Source: Nannocystis bainbridge
GTDB taxonomy: Bacteria > Myxococcota_A > Polyangia > Nannocystales > Nannocystaceae
NCBI RefSeq assembly: GCF_028368995.1
Contig: NZ_JAQNDL010000002.1
Location: 1,408,001-1,472,000 of the forward strand
Direction of reading: 5' to 3'
Length of the DNA stretch: 64,000 bases
Positions within the stretch are counted from its first letter, which is position 1. Every line of letters starts with the position of its first letter. A program made the position numbers and the translations under genes. Positions 39,979 to 50,493 of this stretch are shown piece after piece. The notes under the pieces are model-generated. The model saw nothing but the letters and a program-made list of their open reading frames with translations. It ran no database searches and had not been told where the DNA came from.

Positions 39979-41469
39979 ATGACTGCACAAGACGGCGCGC
40001 GGCCGCCTGGGCGCCTGCCTCCGCGCGTGCGGATCGCCCCGAGCCCGACCGGCGACCCGCACGTCGGCACGGCCTACATCGCCCTGTTCAACTACGTGTT
40101 CGCCCGCAAGTACGGCGGCACCTTCATCCTCCGGATCGAGGACACCGATCAGGAGCGCTACACCGCCGGCAGCGAAGCGGCCATCTTCGAGGCGCTGCGC
40201 TGGCTCGGGCTCGAGTGGGACGAGGGCCCCGACGTCGGCGGCCCGCACGGCCCGTACCGCCAGTCGGAGCGGCTGCCGCTGTACCGGCGGGAGATCCAGA
40301 AGCTGGTCGAGAAGGGCGAGGCGTACCCGTGCTTCTGCACCAAGGACCGGCTCGATCAGCTGCGGCGCGAGCAAATCGCGGCCAAGCAGTCGACGCTCGG
40401 CTACGACGGCAAGTGTCGCTCGCTTTCGCCCGCCGAGGCCTCGGCGCGCATGGCCGCCGGCGAGGCCCACGTGGTCCGGCTGCGCGTGCCCGACGACGGT
40501 GAGACCGTGTTCGTCGACCACCTGCGCGGCGAGCTGCGGTTCGAGAACCGGCTCATCGACGATCAGGTGCTGTTCAAGTCGGACGGCTTCCCGACCTACC
40601 ACCTGGCCAACGTGGTCGACGACCATCACATGGGCGTGACCCACGTGATCCGCGGCGAGGAGTGGATCACTTCGACGCCGAAGCACGTGCTGCTCTACCG
40701 GGCCTTCGGCTGGGACGCGCCCGAGTTCTTCCACCTCGGCCTGCTGCGCAACGAGGACAAGTCGAAGCTCTCGAAGCGCAAGAACCCGGTCTCGGTGTTC
40801 CACTACCGCGACCTCGGCTACCTGCCCGAGACCCTGCTGAACTTCATGGCCTGCCTCGGCTACAGCATGGGCGAGGACCGCGAGCGCTTCACGGTCGACG
40901 AGATGATCGCCCACTTCGACTGGTCGCGCGTCAGCGCCGGCGGGCCGGTGTTCGACCAGAAGAAGCTCGAGGCGTTCGACGGCGCCGACATCCGGGCGAT
41001 GTCGGTCGACACGCTCTACGACCGGCTGATGGAGCGCACCCTGTCGCGCGAGCGCATGCTGCCGCTCCTGGCCCAGGCGCAGGAGCGGGTCAACCGGCTC
41101 GACGACTTCATCCCGTACCTGACCTTCTTCTTCGGCGGCAGCCTCGACTACGGGCCGGTGCTCGACAAGCTCAAGGTCAAGGACCGCACCCCGGCCGAGG
41201 TCGCGACCACGCTCGAGGCGTTCGCGCAGGACATCGAGCGCGACGCCGAGGCCCGCGCCTTCACGGCGACCGCCCTCGACGCGTTCGCGCGCGGGTTCTG
41301 CCAGCGGAGCGGGTGGAAGAACAAGGACCTGTTCATGCTGCTGCGGATCGCCATCACCGGCCGCACCGCCTCGCCGTCGCTGTTCGACACCATGGCGCTG
41401 TGCGGCAAGGACCGCTGCCGCCTGCGCCTGCGCGACGTCGTCACGCTGCTGCGGGCGCAGCCGGGCTGA
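39979..41469 (+). CDS. gltX: Glutamate--tRNA ligase
   Basis: [32 protein letters not shown] and KLSKR motifs; anticodon-binding tail present. Confidence 0.96.
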   Translation: MTAQDGARPPGRLPPRVRIAPSPTGDPHVGTAYIALFNYVFARKYGGTFILRIEDTDQERYTAGSEAAIFEALRWLGLEWDEGPDVGGPHGPYRQSERLPLYRREIQKLVEKGEAYPCFCTKDRLDQLRREQIAAKQSTLGYDGKCRSLSPAEASARMAAGEAHVVRLRVPDDGETVFVDHLRGELRFENRLIDDQVLFKSDGFPTYHLANVVDDHHMGVTHVIRGEEWITSTPKHVLLYRAFGWDAPEFFHLGLLRNEDKSKLSKRKNPVSVFHYRDLGYLPETLLNFMACLGYSMGEDRERFTVDEMIAHFDWSRVSAGGPVFDQKKLEAFDGADIRAMSVDTLYDRLMERTLSRERMLPLLAQAQERVNRLDDFIPYLTFFFGGSLDYGPVLDKLKVKDRTPAEVATTLEAFAQDIERDAEARAFTATALDAFARGFCQRSGWKNKDLFMLLRIAITGRTASPSLFDTMALCGKDRCRLRLRDVVTLLRAQPG

Positions 41470-41470
41470 T

Positions 41471-41580
41471 AGCGCATGTCCGAGGGGGCATGTCCTCGCG
41501 GGCATGCTCCTCGGGACATGTTCTCGAGGGCATGCGCGAAGCGACATGGCCTCGTTCGTACGTGAACGAAGGCCATGGAC
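41471..41580. repeat. 14-bp-period palindromic array right after the gltX stop, between convergent genes
   Basis: CATG at 41475, 41489, 41503, 41517, 41531 and 41545, then out of phase at 41574. Confidence 0.9.
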
Positions 41581-41628
41581 TGCTGCGGGGCGCAGGAGGC
41601 TCGCCGCGCGCTGCCCGCGTCGGCCGGC

Positions 41629-43014
41629 TCAGGGCGTCAGCTCGATCGCCAACACGTCACCGAAACCCTTGGCATAGACCAGGCGGTCCTTGCAGGCGGA
41701 CCCGAGGGACATGTTCTGCAGGAAGCCCGGCTGGGTCAGCAGGCGGCCGGGCGTGGCGGCGGCCTCGAGGCGGGCGGCGAGGTTGACCGTCTCGCCGATG
41801 ACGGTGTGCTCGAGGCGGGCGGGCGAGCCCATGTTGCCGTGGATCAGCGGGCCTGCGGCGACGCCGATCCGCAGCTCGAGCGGGTCGCCGCCCTCGGCCG
41901 CGATGCCGGCGTTGCAGGCCGGCAGCTCGGCCAGCATCGCCAGGCCGCAGCGCACGGCCGCGACCGCCAGCTCGGCGACCGGCTGCAGGCCGCGCGGGTC
42001 GATGAAGACGACCATGATGCCGTCGCCGAGCCGCTTGTCGATGATGCCGCCGTGGGCGAGGATGACGGCGTCCATGTGCTCGAAGTAGCGGTTGAGCTGG
42101 CGGACGACCGCGCCGGGCCCGAGCTCGCTGCAGCGGCGCGTGAAGTCCTTGAGGTCGGCGAACAGCACCGCGCCCTCGGTCACCCGCCCGCCGACCCGCA
42201 CCTCCTCCTCGGGGTTGATGCGGATGGCCTCGATGACGTGCGCCGGCAGGTAGTGGGCGAGCTTGCGCTGGGTCAGCTCGGCGTCGCGGCGCTCGAGCGC
42301 GGAGGCGTCGAGGCGGCGCAGCAGGTCGGGCAGGGTCGCGCGCACGTAGGCCCGCAGGCGCTGCAGCTCGGCGGCAGGGTCGTCGATGACCCGCTCGTCG
42401 TAGTAGATGTCGTAGGCGCAGTGGCGCACGCCCGGGTCGAGGTGGATGCACTCGCGGTGCTCGACCCGCGCCGGCGGCAGGCTCCAGATGGTCGGGATGG
42501 CCTCGAAGAAGCCGCGGCGGCTCCAGCAGGCGCCCGGGCGATCGGCGATCTCGTGCTCCATCACCGCGCGCACGCGGGCGACCCCGAACCGGCGATCGAC
42601 GAGCTGCATGCGGGTGATGCGGTTGCCGCGGGTGTACATGCGCTCGATGTCGCCGAAGAACTCGCCGGGGCCCTGCATCGCCCACAGCAGCAGCCACATC
42701 GGGCCCATGTCCTGGCGCTGCATCATCGCCGCCGAGGCGTCGCGCCAGTGGTTCCACAGCGGGTGATCGTAGGCCGGGGAGCTGTCGAGGCCGCACAGGT
42801 GACGGGCGGCGGAGTCGCACAGGCGGCGGTCGAACTCGACGGAGGTCCACCGCTCCGGGTCTTGCAGGTACTCGCGGCTGAGGCCCGCGCCCTCGACGAT
42901 CCGGTCGGCGACTTCTTCGCCGAAGCGCTCGCAGAAGTAGTGGACCAGCGTGAGCGCGAAGCGGTTGCTCAGGTGCGCCTTCGTCAACGCGGGGTCGTAG
43001 ACGCGCTCCGGCAC
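41629..43014 (-). CDS. Soluble class III adenylate/guanylate cyclase with V4R/H-NOX-like N-terminal domain
   Basis: VLFADLKDFT, DKRLGDG and HTVIGETVNLAARLE motifs; N-terminal domain ending in HRECIH...CAYDI. Confidence 0.88.
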   Translation of the reverse strand: MPERVYDPALTKAHLSNRFALTLVHYFCERFGEEVADRIVEGAGLSREYLQDPERWTSVEFDRRLCDSAARHLCGLDSSPAYDHPLWNHWRDASAAMMQRQDMGPMWLLLWAMQGPGEFFGDIERMYTRGNRITRMQLVDRRFGVARVRAVMEHEIADRPGACWSRRGFFEAIPTIWSLPPARVEHRECIHLDPGVRHCAYDIYYDERVIDDPAAELQRLRAYVRATLPDLLRRLDASALERRDAELTQRKLAHYLPAHVIEAIRINPEEEVRVGGRVTEGAVLFADLKDFTRRCSELGPGAVVRQLNRYFEHMDAVILAHGGIIDKRLGDGIMVVFIDPRGLQPVAELAVAAVRCGLAMLAELPACNAGIAAEGGDPLELRIGVAAGPLIHGNMGSPARLEHTVIGETVNLAARLEAAATPGRLLTQPGFLQNMSLGSACKDRLVYAKGFGDVLAIELTP

Positions 43015-43126
43015 GCGACCCAGAGTACCGCGCCGTCGCGGCGCTGGCGAGGCTGGGCCCGCTGCAGGCGGCGCCGACGGCGAGCTGTCCCCGGGGACAT
43101 GTGCGTACTCGCCCTGAATGTGGGCG

Positions 43127-44983
43127 TCAGGGGTTCTGCGCGGTCACCCAGGCGCCGATGAAGCCCTCGGGTGGGACGCCGCAGTTGGTGCCCGCGTAGT
43201 TGGGGCCGTTGAAGCCGACGCGGAACACGACGCCCGCAGGGTTGACGAGCTTGACGCGGTAGGAGCGACCCGCGATGTAGGTCTTCTCCTTGGCGAAGGC
43301 GAGGGTGACGAGGAAGCGCTTCGACGCGCCGGCGTTGACCTGGGCGAACGCGCTGCCGGCGGCCGGACCGAGCACGCCGTTTGCGGGGAACGAGAACGGG
43401 TTGGCGGTGAGGTGCACGTACTGGTCGCCGACGCTGAACTCGGCGCCGCCGCTGTCCTGGTAGATCTTGGCGGACGAGACGTCGAAGGCGCTGCCGCCAC
43501 CCATGGTCTCGAGCGTGAGCGGGATCTTGTCGAGCCGCAGGGCGTCGCCGGTGTTGTTGGCGACGGTGAAGGCGAGGGTGGCGACCTCGCGGAAATCGAC
43601 GCCGTCGGGCGGCAGGAACCGCTTGTCGACCGGTGGGTCGTCGGTCTGGGTGAACACGACGCCGGCGTTGCAACTACCGCCCTTGGTGACGCCGCAGTTG
43701 CTAAGCGCGTTGAGCTCGCAGGTCTTGCTCGGGTTGCAGAACCATTGCTGGCAGCCCTGGAACACCCCGCACTCGCTGTTCACGGCGCACGGCATGAACA
43801 GCGGGCAGCGCTGGCCGGTGGCGGGATCGGCGGGCGCGGAGATGCAGGCTGCCTGCGGCGCGACGCACAGGCCGGCCTCGCACTCGCCAGTCAGGCAGTC
43901 GGCGTCGATCTGGCAGTCGTCGCCAGCCTGGCACTTGGGACAGGTAGGGCCGCCGCAGTCGACGTCGGTCTCCTGGCCGTTCTCGAGGCCGTCGTTGCAT
44001 TTCGGCGGCTGGCAGACCTGGCCGGTGCACACGCCGCTCGAGCAGTCGGCGCCGGTCTGGCAGCTTTCGCCGTCCTGGCACTTGGGACAGGTGGGGCCGC
44101 CGCAGTCGACGTCGGTCTCCTGGCCGTTGAGCTTGGCGTCGCCGCAGTTCGGGCTCTGACAGAGCTGGAGGGTGCAGACCTGGCTCTGGCAGTCGAGGTC
44201 GTCGTCGCAGCCGTCGCCGGCGCCGCACGGCGGGCAATCACCGCCGCAGTCGACGTCGGACTCGCTGCCGTTGGCGACCCCGTCGTCGCAGGCGGCGGCC
44301 TGACAGACCTGGCCGGTGCACACGCCGCTGGCGCAGTCGCCGTCGTCCTCACAGTCGCTATCGGGGGCGCACGGCGAGCACACCGGGCCGCCGCAGTCGA
44401 GGTCGGTCTCCATGCCGTTTTTGGCCCCGTCGTCGCAGGTCGGCGGGACGCAGTGCTGGGCGACGCAGAGCTGTCCCATGGGACAGTCGAGGGCCACGAG
44501 GCAGTCGACGCAGGTGCCCTCGCCGTCGCACACGCCGGCCGCACAGGTGGCGCCGGGTGGGAGGGAAACTTCGTCGCACACGCCGAGCTCGCAGGCGGGC
44601 GCGTGGCACTCGGAGGCCTCGTCAGGGCAGTCCGAGGCGTCCTGGCAGCCGCCCGGACCGGTGGTCGAGGTGGTGTCGAGCGTGGTGTCGCCGGAGGTCG
44701 TGTCGGAAGTGGTGGCGGTGCCGTCGGTGGCCGGGCCGGTCGTGGAGGTCGTGGTCTCGCCGCCGGTGGTCGGCGTGACGGTGTCGCTGGAGGTGCCGCT
44801 CAGCGAGTCCGAGGCGCCGGTGGCCGGGTCGGCGGCGTTGCTGGTCGTCGGGACATGTCCGGAAGTGCTGGTCGTCGTGGTGCCGGTGCCGCTCGCGGTG
44901 CCGCCGTCGGTGGAGGTGGAAGTGGCGTCGCCACAGGCGACGAGGAGGGCGAGGACGAGGGCAGGAGAGAGCCGGGGCGACAT
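43127..44983 (-). CDS. Cys-rich surface lipoprotein with CxDGxxNGxE(T/S)D(V/L)DCGG repeats
   Basis: LLVAC lipobox; Thr-rich stalk; four repeats of about 44 aa; beta-rich C-terminal domain. Confidence 0.9.
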   Translation of the reverse strand: MSPRLSPALVLALLVACGDATSTSTDGGTASGTGTTTTSTSGHVPTTSNAADPATGASDSLSGTSSDTVTPTTGGETTTSTTGPATDGTATTSDTTSGDTTLDTTSTTGPGGCQDASDCPDEASECHAPACELGVCDEVSLPPGATCAAGVCDGEGTCVDCLVALDCPMGQLCVAQHCVPPTCDDGAKNGMETDLDCGGPVCSPCAPDSDCEDDGDCASGVCTGQVCQAAACDDGVANGSESDVDCGGDCPPCGAGDGCDDDLDCQSQVCTLQLCQSPNCGDAKLNGQETDVDCGGPTCPKCQDGESCQTGADCSSGVCTGQVCQPPKCNDGLENGQETDVDCGGPTCPKCQAGDDCQIDADCLTGECEAGLCVAPQAACISAPADPATGQRCPLFMPCAVNSECGVFQGCQQWFCNPSKTCELNALSNCGVTKGGSCNAGVVFTQTDDPPVDKRFLPPDGVDFREVATLAFTVANNTGDALRLDKIPLTLETMGGGSAFDVSSAKIYQDSGGAEFSVGDQYVHLTANPFSFPANGVLGPAAGSAFAQVNAGASKRFLVTLAFAKEKTYIAGRSYRVKLVNPAGVVFRVGFNGPNYAGTNCGVPPEGFIGAWVTAQNP

Positions 44984-45124
44984 CGAGGTTCGACGCTACT
45001 GCCTGGACCCGCGGCCGCGGAGACCCGCGCATTTGTCCTGCATCACGCGCGGCGGCCCCGCGCCGATACGCGCCCACCCGCGCCCGCGCGCCGGGGTCGC
45101 GGCGGGGCGCGATCGTGCTCGCAT

Positions 45125-45368
45125 CGGGCTGTCCTTCGGGACATGTCCGCGGCGGCGTGAGATCGACCGCGCGCGGCGGGGGAGGTCCGGATGGCCTTCA
45201 GGACATGTCGTGGCGGACAGCATGCGGAAGGGTCCCGGGGTCGGGCCGCGGCTGGCGTGGCGCATCGAGACCTGGACACAGAGACTCGCGGCAGTCCGTG
45301 GAATTTCCGAGGTGCGCCGGAGCCGCGAGCGCTCGCGGCCTTTCTGCGAGATGTCCTTCGGGACAGCC
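45125..45368. repeat. Cluster of TGTCC-N4-GGACA units upstream of the Cys-rich lipoprotein gene
   Basis: Exact TGTCCTTCGGGACA at 45130-45143 and 45352-45365; TGGCCTTCAGGACA at 45192-45205. Confidence 0.85.
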
Positions 45369-45612
45369 TCGAGGGCCGACCGGCGAGGGGCGCGAAACAT
45401 CGCGGCGGACGCGCGGGACCTCGCTCGGACCACGATCGAGATCGGCTCCCCGTCGCCGACGTCGCTCGAGCTCTCACGTCGTGCGAGCGTGTGTGCGTCA
45501 CGCATGTCGGCGGTCGACGCGTGGCGCTCTCGCATGTCGGCGCTCGCGCGACCCGCCGAGCTCACGAGGATGCGCGCCGATCGGCGCCGGCGTCCTCGAT
45601 GGTGGGCCGACG

Positions 45613-46215
45613 CTAGACGCGTTCGGGCAGGGCCGCGGGGCTGCGCAGGGCCGAGACGGCCTGCAGCAGCCACACGAGGACGAAGCAGCTGCCGAGGCCG
45701 AGGCCGACGGCGGCGGGCCCGAGCGGCAGCAACAGCGCCAGGATCGCGGCGGCAGCGATCCACGCGTGCCGCAGGGCTCGCGCGGCGCGGGCGGTGCGGC
45801 CGAGGGCGCGGACCAGCGTCGCCAGCTGGGCCTCGTCCTCGGGCTGCAGCGGCGCCTGGGTGCGCGCGGGCAGCGAGCGATGGTTGTACCAGAGCAGGCG
45901 GGTGGCGATCTGATGCAGGCGGGCCAGCTCGACCACCGGCTCGGCCTCGCTGGCGGCGATGACCGAGGGCGTGTGGCTGAAGACGCCGGGCACGAACACG
46001 CGGGCGCGGTTGAGCGCGTTGACGGCCTCGGCGAGGAAGCTGCGGGCCTGGGCCGCGGCGCGCTCCGGGTTGTCCTCGGCGTCCTGACTCTCCAGGGTCA
46101 GCAGCGCGAGGTGGAGGGCGTCGCAGGCCTCCCCCAGCGGGCGCTGCGCGGCCGGAACCAGCGACTCCGCGTCGGGTTCGCAGCGGCGATACGCGCTCAT
46201 CTGGGGCGGGGCCAT
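45613..46215 (-). CDS. Hypothetical protein with two C-terminal TM helices
   Basis: Helical N-terminus and hydrophobic C-terminus; codon bias; start uncertain. Confidence 0.6.
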   Translation of the reverse strand: MAPPQMSAYRRCEPDAESLVPAAQRPLGEACDALHLALLTLESQDAEDNPERAAAQARSFLAEAVNALNRARVFVPGVFSHTPSVIAASEAEPVVELARLHQIATRLLWYNHRSLPARTQAPLQPEDEAQLATLVRALGRTARAARALRHAWIAAAAILALLLPLGPAAVGLGLGSCFVLVWLLQAVSALRSPAALPERV

Positions 46216-46301
46216 CACCCTTTCAGCATAGCGGACGGCGGTGCGCGGGCCAGGGAGGGCGAGGGCGCGGCGGTCTCGGCTGTGATCGCGGCCGCCGGGC
46301 C

Positions 46302-47237
46302 TCAGCTGTCCTTCGGGACATCCGGCTCGCTGGCTCGGCCGGCGCGCGCGCGCGCCTTGGCCTCGTCCCACCAGCCGTCGAGGCGCTCGAGACCCGCGGC
46401 CTCGGGCTCGATGCCGGCGGCGTGGCAGCGCTCCATCACGAAGGCGAAGCGCGACTCGAACTTGGCGCAGGTGGCCCGCAGCGCGTCCTCGGCGGCGATG
46501 CCGAGCTTCTGGCCGTAGCGGACCAGGACGAACAGCAGGTCGCCGAACTCCTCCTCGATCGCCTTGGGCTCACCCTCGGCCCGCGCTCGCTCGAGCTCTT
46601 CCCACTCCTCGCGGATCTTGTCGACCGGGCCCTGGATGGTCGGCCAGTCGAAGCCGACGGCGGCGGCCTTGTCCTGCAGCCGCCACGCGCGCTGCAGCGC
46701 CGGCAACGAGCGGGGGACGCCGGCGAGCGGTCGAGCCGGGCCGCGTTCTGTCCCTTCGGACATGTTCTCGGCGCGCTTGAGCTGGGCCCACTGGCGCGCG
46801 ACGTCGTCGGCGTCGAGCGGCGCATCATCCGCGGAGCCGGCCGCGGGCGCGAACACGTGCGGGTGGCGACGGATCATTTTGTCGCGGATGGCCGCGATCA
46901 CGCCCTCGAGATCGAAGGCGCCTTCGCGCTCGCGCAGGGCCGACTGGAAGACGATCTGGAACAGGAGATCGCCGAGCTCGCGGCGGTGCGCCTCGGGGTC
47001 GTCCAGAGCGTCGAGGACCTCGTAGGCCTCTTCGATGAGGTAGGGCCGCAGGGTGTCGAGGGTCTGGGCGCGGTCCCATGGGCAGCCGCCCGGGTCGGCG
47101 AGCAGCCGGTCCATGAGGTCGCGCAGGCCGGCGAGGCCGTCGCGTAGGCCGTGGGCGCGGTGACCCTGCGCAGCGGGCTCGTCCGCGCCCGTCGGTGCGT
47201 CCGCCTTTGCCTCCGAAGAGTCGCGTGGTAGCTTCAC
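46302..47237 (-). CDS. mazG: Nucleoside triphosphate pyrophosphohydrolase MazG
   Basis: GCPWDRAQT, EEAYEV, ELGDLL, RRHPHVF, GFDW and EEFGDLLF motifs. Confidence 0.95.
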   Translation of the reverse strand: MKLPRDSSEAKADAPTGADEPAAQGHRAHGLRDGLAGLRDLMDRLLADPGGCPWDRAQTLDTLRPYLIEEAYEVLDALDDPEAHRRELGDLLFQIVFQSALREREGAFDLEGVIAAIRDKMIRRHPHVFAPAAGSADDAPLDADDVARQWAQLKRAENMSEGTERGPARPLAGVPRSLPALQRAWRLQDKAAAVGFDWPTIQGPVDKIREEWEELERARAEGEPKAIEEEFGDLLFVLVRYGQKLGIAAEDALRATCAKFESRFAFVMERCHAAGIEPEAAGLERLDGWWDEAKARARAGRASEPDVPKDS

Positions 47238-47279
47238 GGGCAGCCCATTACCACGGGCGGCTCACGCCTGAACCCCCCA

Positions 47280-48353
47280 GTGACGATCCGACTCAGCTTC
47301 GAAGATCAGGTCCCGCTCCAGCTCGTCCTCGGCTCGGTCGGCGGTCAAGCGATGGAGGAATTGCAGCGAGCGGCGGGGGTGACGCTCCACGTCCGCGGCG
47401 GCGACGTCACCATCGAGGGAGACGACGGCTCGGCCGCGCTGGTCGAGCGCCTGCTCCGCCAGATGGTGGCGATGGCCCGCGCCGGCACGCCGATCCATCC
47501 GGGCGACTTGCCGCGCGCGCTCGAGGTCATGCGCAGCGAGCCGCGGGTCGACCTGCGCTCGCTGTTCGACGACACCCTGATCGCCCGCAGCGGCAGCGGC
47601 CGGCCGATCGCTCCGCGCAGCCTGGCGCAGAAGCAGTACGTCGACAGCCTGCGGCGCTTCGACCTGACCTTCGGCGTCGGGCCCGCCGGCACCGGTAAGA
47701 CGTACCTCGCGGTGGCGATGGGCGTGCGCATGCTGCTCGACAAGCGGGTGCGCCGGATCATCCTCGCCCGCCCGGCGATCGAGGCCGGCGAGAGCCTCGG
47801 CTTCCTGCCCGGCACGTACGAGGAGAAGGTCAGCCCGTACATGCGGCCGCTCTACGACGCCCTGCACGACATGCTCGACGTGCAGAAGGTGATGCGGATG
47901 ATGGAGCAGGGCATCATCGAGATCGCGCCGCTGGCGTACATGCGCGGGCGGACGCTCAGCGAGACGTTCGTGATCCTCGACGAGGCGCAGAACACCACGC
48001 CCGAGCAGATGAAGATGTTCCTGACGCGCATCGGCGCCGGCACGCGCGCGGTCGTCACCGGCGACCCGACCCAGAACGACCTGCCGTACGGCCGGCGCAG
48101 CGGCCTCGGTCACGCGCTGCGGGTGCTCCGCGGGGTCGAGGGCATCGCGTTCTGCAGCTTCTCGCACACCGACGTGATGCGCCACCAGCTGGTGCAGCGC
48201 ATCATCCTCGCCTACGACCGCGAGGACCAGCGCCGCCGCGCGACGGGCCCGGGCAAGCCGACGCGGTCCGGCGACGGCCGCCGCGACGACGACCTCCGCC
48301 GCGACGGCGATTCCTTGCAGGACGAAGAAGGGCCCGGCGACGGCCGGGCCTGA
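47280..48353 (+). CDS. phoH: PhoH-like ATPase (YbeZ)
   Basis: [36 protein letters not shown] and TGD..Q.DL motifs. Confidence 0.95.
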   Translation: MTIRLSFEDQVPLQLVLGSVGGQAMEELQRAAGVTLHVRGGDVTIEGDDGSAALVERLLRQMVAMARAGTPIHPGDLPRALEVMRSEPRVDLRSLFDDTLIARSGSGRPIAPRSLAQKQYVDSLRRFDLTFGVGPAGTGKTYLAVAMGVRMLLDKRVRRIILARPAIEAGESLGFLPGTYEEKVSPYMRPLYDALHDMLDVQKVMRMMEQGIIEIAPLAYMRGRTLSETFVILDEAQNTTPEQMKMFLTRIGAGTRAVVTGDPTQNDLPYGRRSGLGHALRVLRGVEGIAFCSFSHTDVMRHQLVQRIILAYDREDQRRRATGPGKPTRSGDGRRDDDLRRDGDSLQDEEGPGDGRA

Positions 48354-48568
48354 GCGACGCCCGAGCTGACACGCCGGGGCCGTCGCACTCGCGGGGGCAG
48401 GCTCGGCGTGTCGCCGCCTGAACGAGTGACTCGGAAGGCGAGTGATTTGCGGATGCTCGCGCTCCGCGGCGCGAGGGTCGGGCGTCACGCCTGTGAGCCC
48501 AGTTCCGGGGATGCAGTCGCGTCGCCGTGCGCCCGGCTCTGGTTCTTTCGTCGCGGCCGCCTTCGCAT

Positions 48569-48786
48569 CCGCGGCTGCCCCTCGCAGCCCGCGGCGCGAA
48601 TGACCGGTCCGCGGCTGCCCCTCGCAGCCCGCGGCGCGAATGACCGGCCCGCGGGGCTGCCCCTCGCAGCCCGCGGCGCGAATGACCGGCCCGCAGCGCG
48701 AACGACCGGTCCGCGGCGAACGAGCTGCCCGCGGCGTGGACGACCGGTCCGCGGCGAGTGAGCTGTCCGCGGCGAGGACGACCGGC
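48569..48786. repeat. Intergenic tandem repeat of about 40 bp decaying into about 20-bp subunits
   Basis: CCGCGGCTGCCCCTCGCAGCCCGCGGCGCGAATGACCGG at 48569, 48609 and about 48649, then degenerate CCGCGGCG..GACCGG units. Confidence 0.85.
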
Positions 48787-48951
48787 GCGTGAGCCAAGGG
48801 GCAAAGCGGCGGGCCTCGCATGACTTCGGCTTCATCCGGACAGTCGTCTCGCGCAGGAGGTGAGCGTGACGGTCGCTCCAGACCCCGGAGCGGGTCACGG
48901 ACGCGTCGCGGTTTTGAGTGGATCGGCTCGCGGGCGTTCGAGTAGTGTGAC

Positions 48952-50283
48952 GTGGTGAAGTACGCCTGTCGTCTCGCTGTCACATTGCCGCGGCCTGCGG
49001 GCCTCCTCGCCCTCCTCTTCGCCGTCGGTCTGCCGGCGTGTGGCGAGACCGAGGACGCCAGCGCGACCGCGCCGACCAGCGAGGGCAGCAGCAGCGACAC
49101 GAGCGGCGGCACGATCGGCACCGGCGACCCCGATCCGACCACTACCGACGGGCAGGTCACCGAGACGGGCGGCAGCGAGGGCGCGACCGAGGGGTCGACG
49201 ACCGCGCCGACCACCGGCGACGAGACGACGAGCACGACGGGCACGACGAGCACCACCAGCCCGGTGACCTCGACCGACGGCACGACCACGACGACCTCGA
49301 CGACCACGGACACCACCGGCGAGGACACCACCGGCACCACCGGCGAGCCGTCCGACTCCGACTGTCTGCTCGCGGGCTTCGCCGACCCCGACAACGCGCT
49401 CAAGCTCGATTATGATCAGTTCGGCCCGGTCATCGGCTCGCACTGCAAGGGCACCAACCACCAGGACATCACCGACATCGAGCGCGTGGTGTTCCTCGGC
49501 GACTCGGTCACCGTCGGCACCCCGCCGGCGCTCGGCGACGACTACTACCGCTCCAAGCTGGCCGACGTGCTGGTCGACCGCTTCGGCCTGACCCCGCCGA
49601 ATCCGCTGTGGAAGCAGGTCAACCCGATCGACGGCGTGGCTCTGGTCAAGGAGTCGGGCGACTTCGTGTCGTGCTCGAAGTGGGGCGCGCGCACCGATGA
49701 CTTCCTGCCGCCCGGCAACCAGGTCAACGATTGCTTCCCGCCGGACATGTTCGACAAGCGCACGCTCGTCATCACCACGATGGGCGGCAACGACATCGCC
49801 GCGATCGCCAAGGACGGGGCCAACGGCACCCCGCTCGACGAGGTCAAGGCCAACGCCGCCGAGGCGGCCGACCTGCTGCGGCAGACGGCCCACTGGTTCG
49901 TCGACGACCCGGCCAAGTTCCCCAACGGCGTGTTCCTGGTGTTCGCCAACGCCTACGAGTTCACCGACGGCACCGCCGACCTCATGGCCTGCCCGGCGGC
50001 GGGGCTCGGCGGGTTCGACAAGCCGTGGGCGAACCCGGCCGACCTCATCGACGTGATGGTCGGCTTCAACGAGCAGTTCATGAGCGTCGCCGTCGAGACC
50101 GGCACCGACATGATCTTCATGCTCGAGACCTTCTGCGGCCACGGCTTCAAGGCCGGCGACCCGAGCGCCCCGTGTTACCGCGGCCCGGGCCAGCAGAACT
50201 GGTTCGACCTCACCTGCATCCACCCCACCGGGCAAGGCCACTCGGTCATCGCCGACCTCTTCACGGCCGTGATCGACGAGTAG
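48952..50283 (+). CDS. SGNH/GDSL hydrolase lipoprotein with Thr-rich stalk
   Basis: LPAC lipobox; FLGDSVT, MGGND and CIHPT..GH motifs; start uncertain. Confidence 0.88.
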   Translation: MVKYACRLAVTLPRPAGLLALLFAVGLPACGETEDASATAPTSEGSSSDTSGGTIGTGDPDPTTTDGQVTETGGSEGATEGSTTAPTTGDETTSTTGTTSTTSPVTSTDGTTTTTSTTTDTTGEDTTGTTGEPSDSDCLLAGFADPDNALKLDYDQFGPVIGSHCKGTNHQDITDIERVVFLGDSVTVGTPPALGDDYYRSKLADVLVDRFGLTPPNPLWKQVNPIDGVALVKESGDFVSCSKWGARTDDFLPPGNQVNDCFPPDMFDKRTLVITTMGGNDIAAIAKDGANGTPLDEVKANAAEAADLLRQTAHWFVDDPAKFPNGVFLVFANAYEFTDGTADLMACPAAGLGGFDKPWANPADLIDVMVGFNEQFMSVAVETGTDMIFMLETFCGHGFKAGDPSAPCYRGPGQQNWFDLTCIHPTGQGHSVIADLFTAVIDE

Positions 50284-50493
50284 CGCGTTCGCCGCAAATG
50301 TGCGCGGCGGACGACGCGCGAAGCCGCGCGCCGAGCGTTTTCGCGCCCGGCCGTGCCGACGCGTCCGGTCACGCGTACCGCCGCGCATCGCTCGCCGGGG
50401 CCGCCGGGAGGGTTTGCGGCGGGCCAGGCGGGGTTGCTTGCCTTGGGATCGGGGCACGGCTATGCGTGCAAAGCTCTTCCCCCGGACACCCCA

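Noticed and set aside
44851-44860. GGACATGTCC matches the eukaryotic p53 half-site RRRCWWGYYY
   Set aside because: Treated as coincidence: it is the junction of two TGTCC-N4-GGACA units and no p53-like protein is evident
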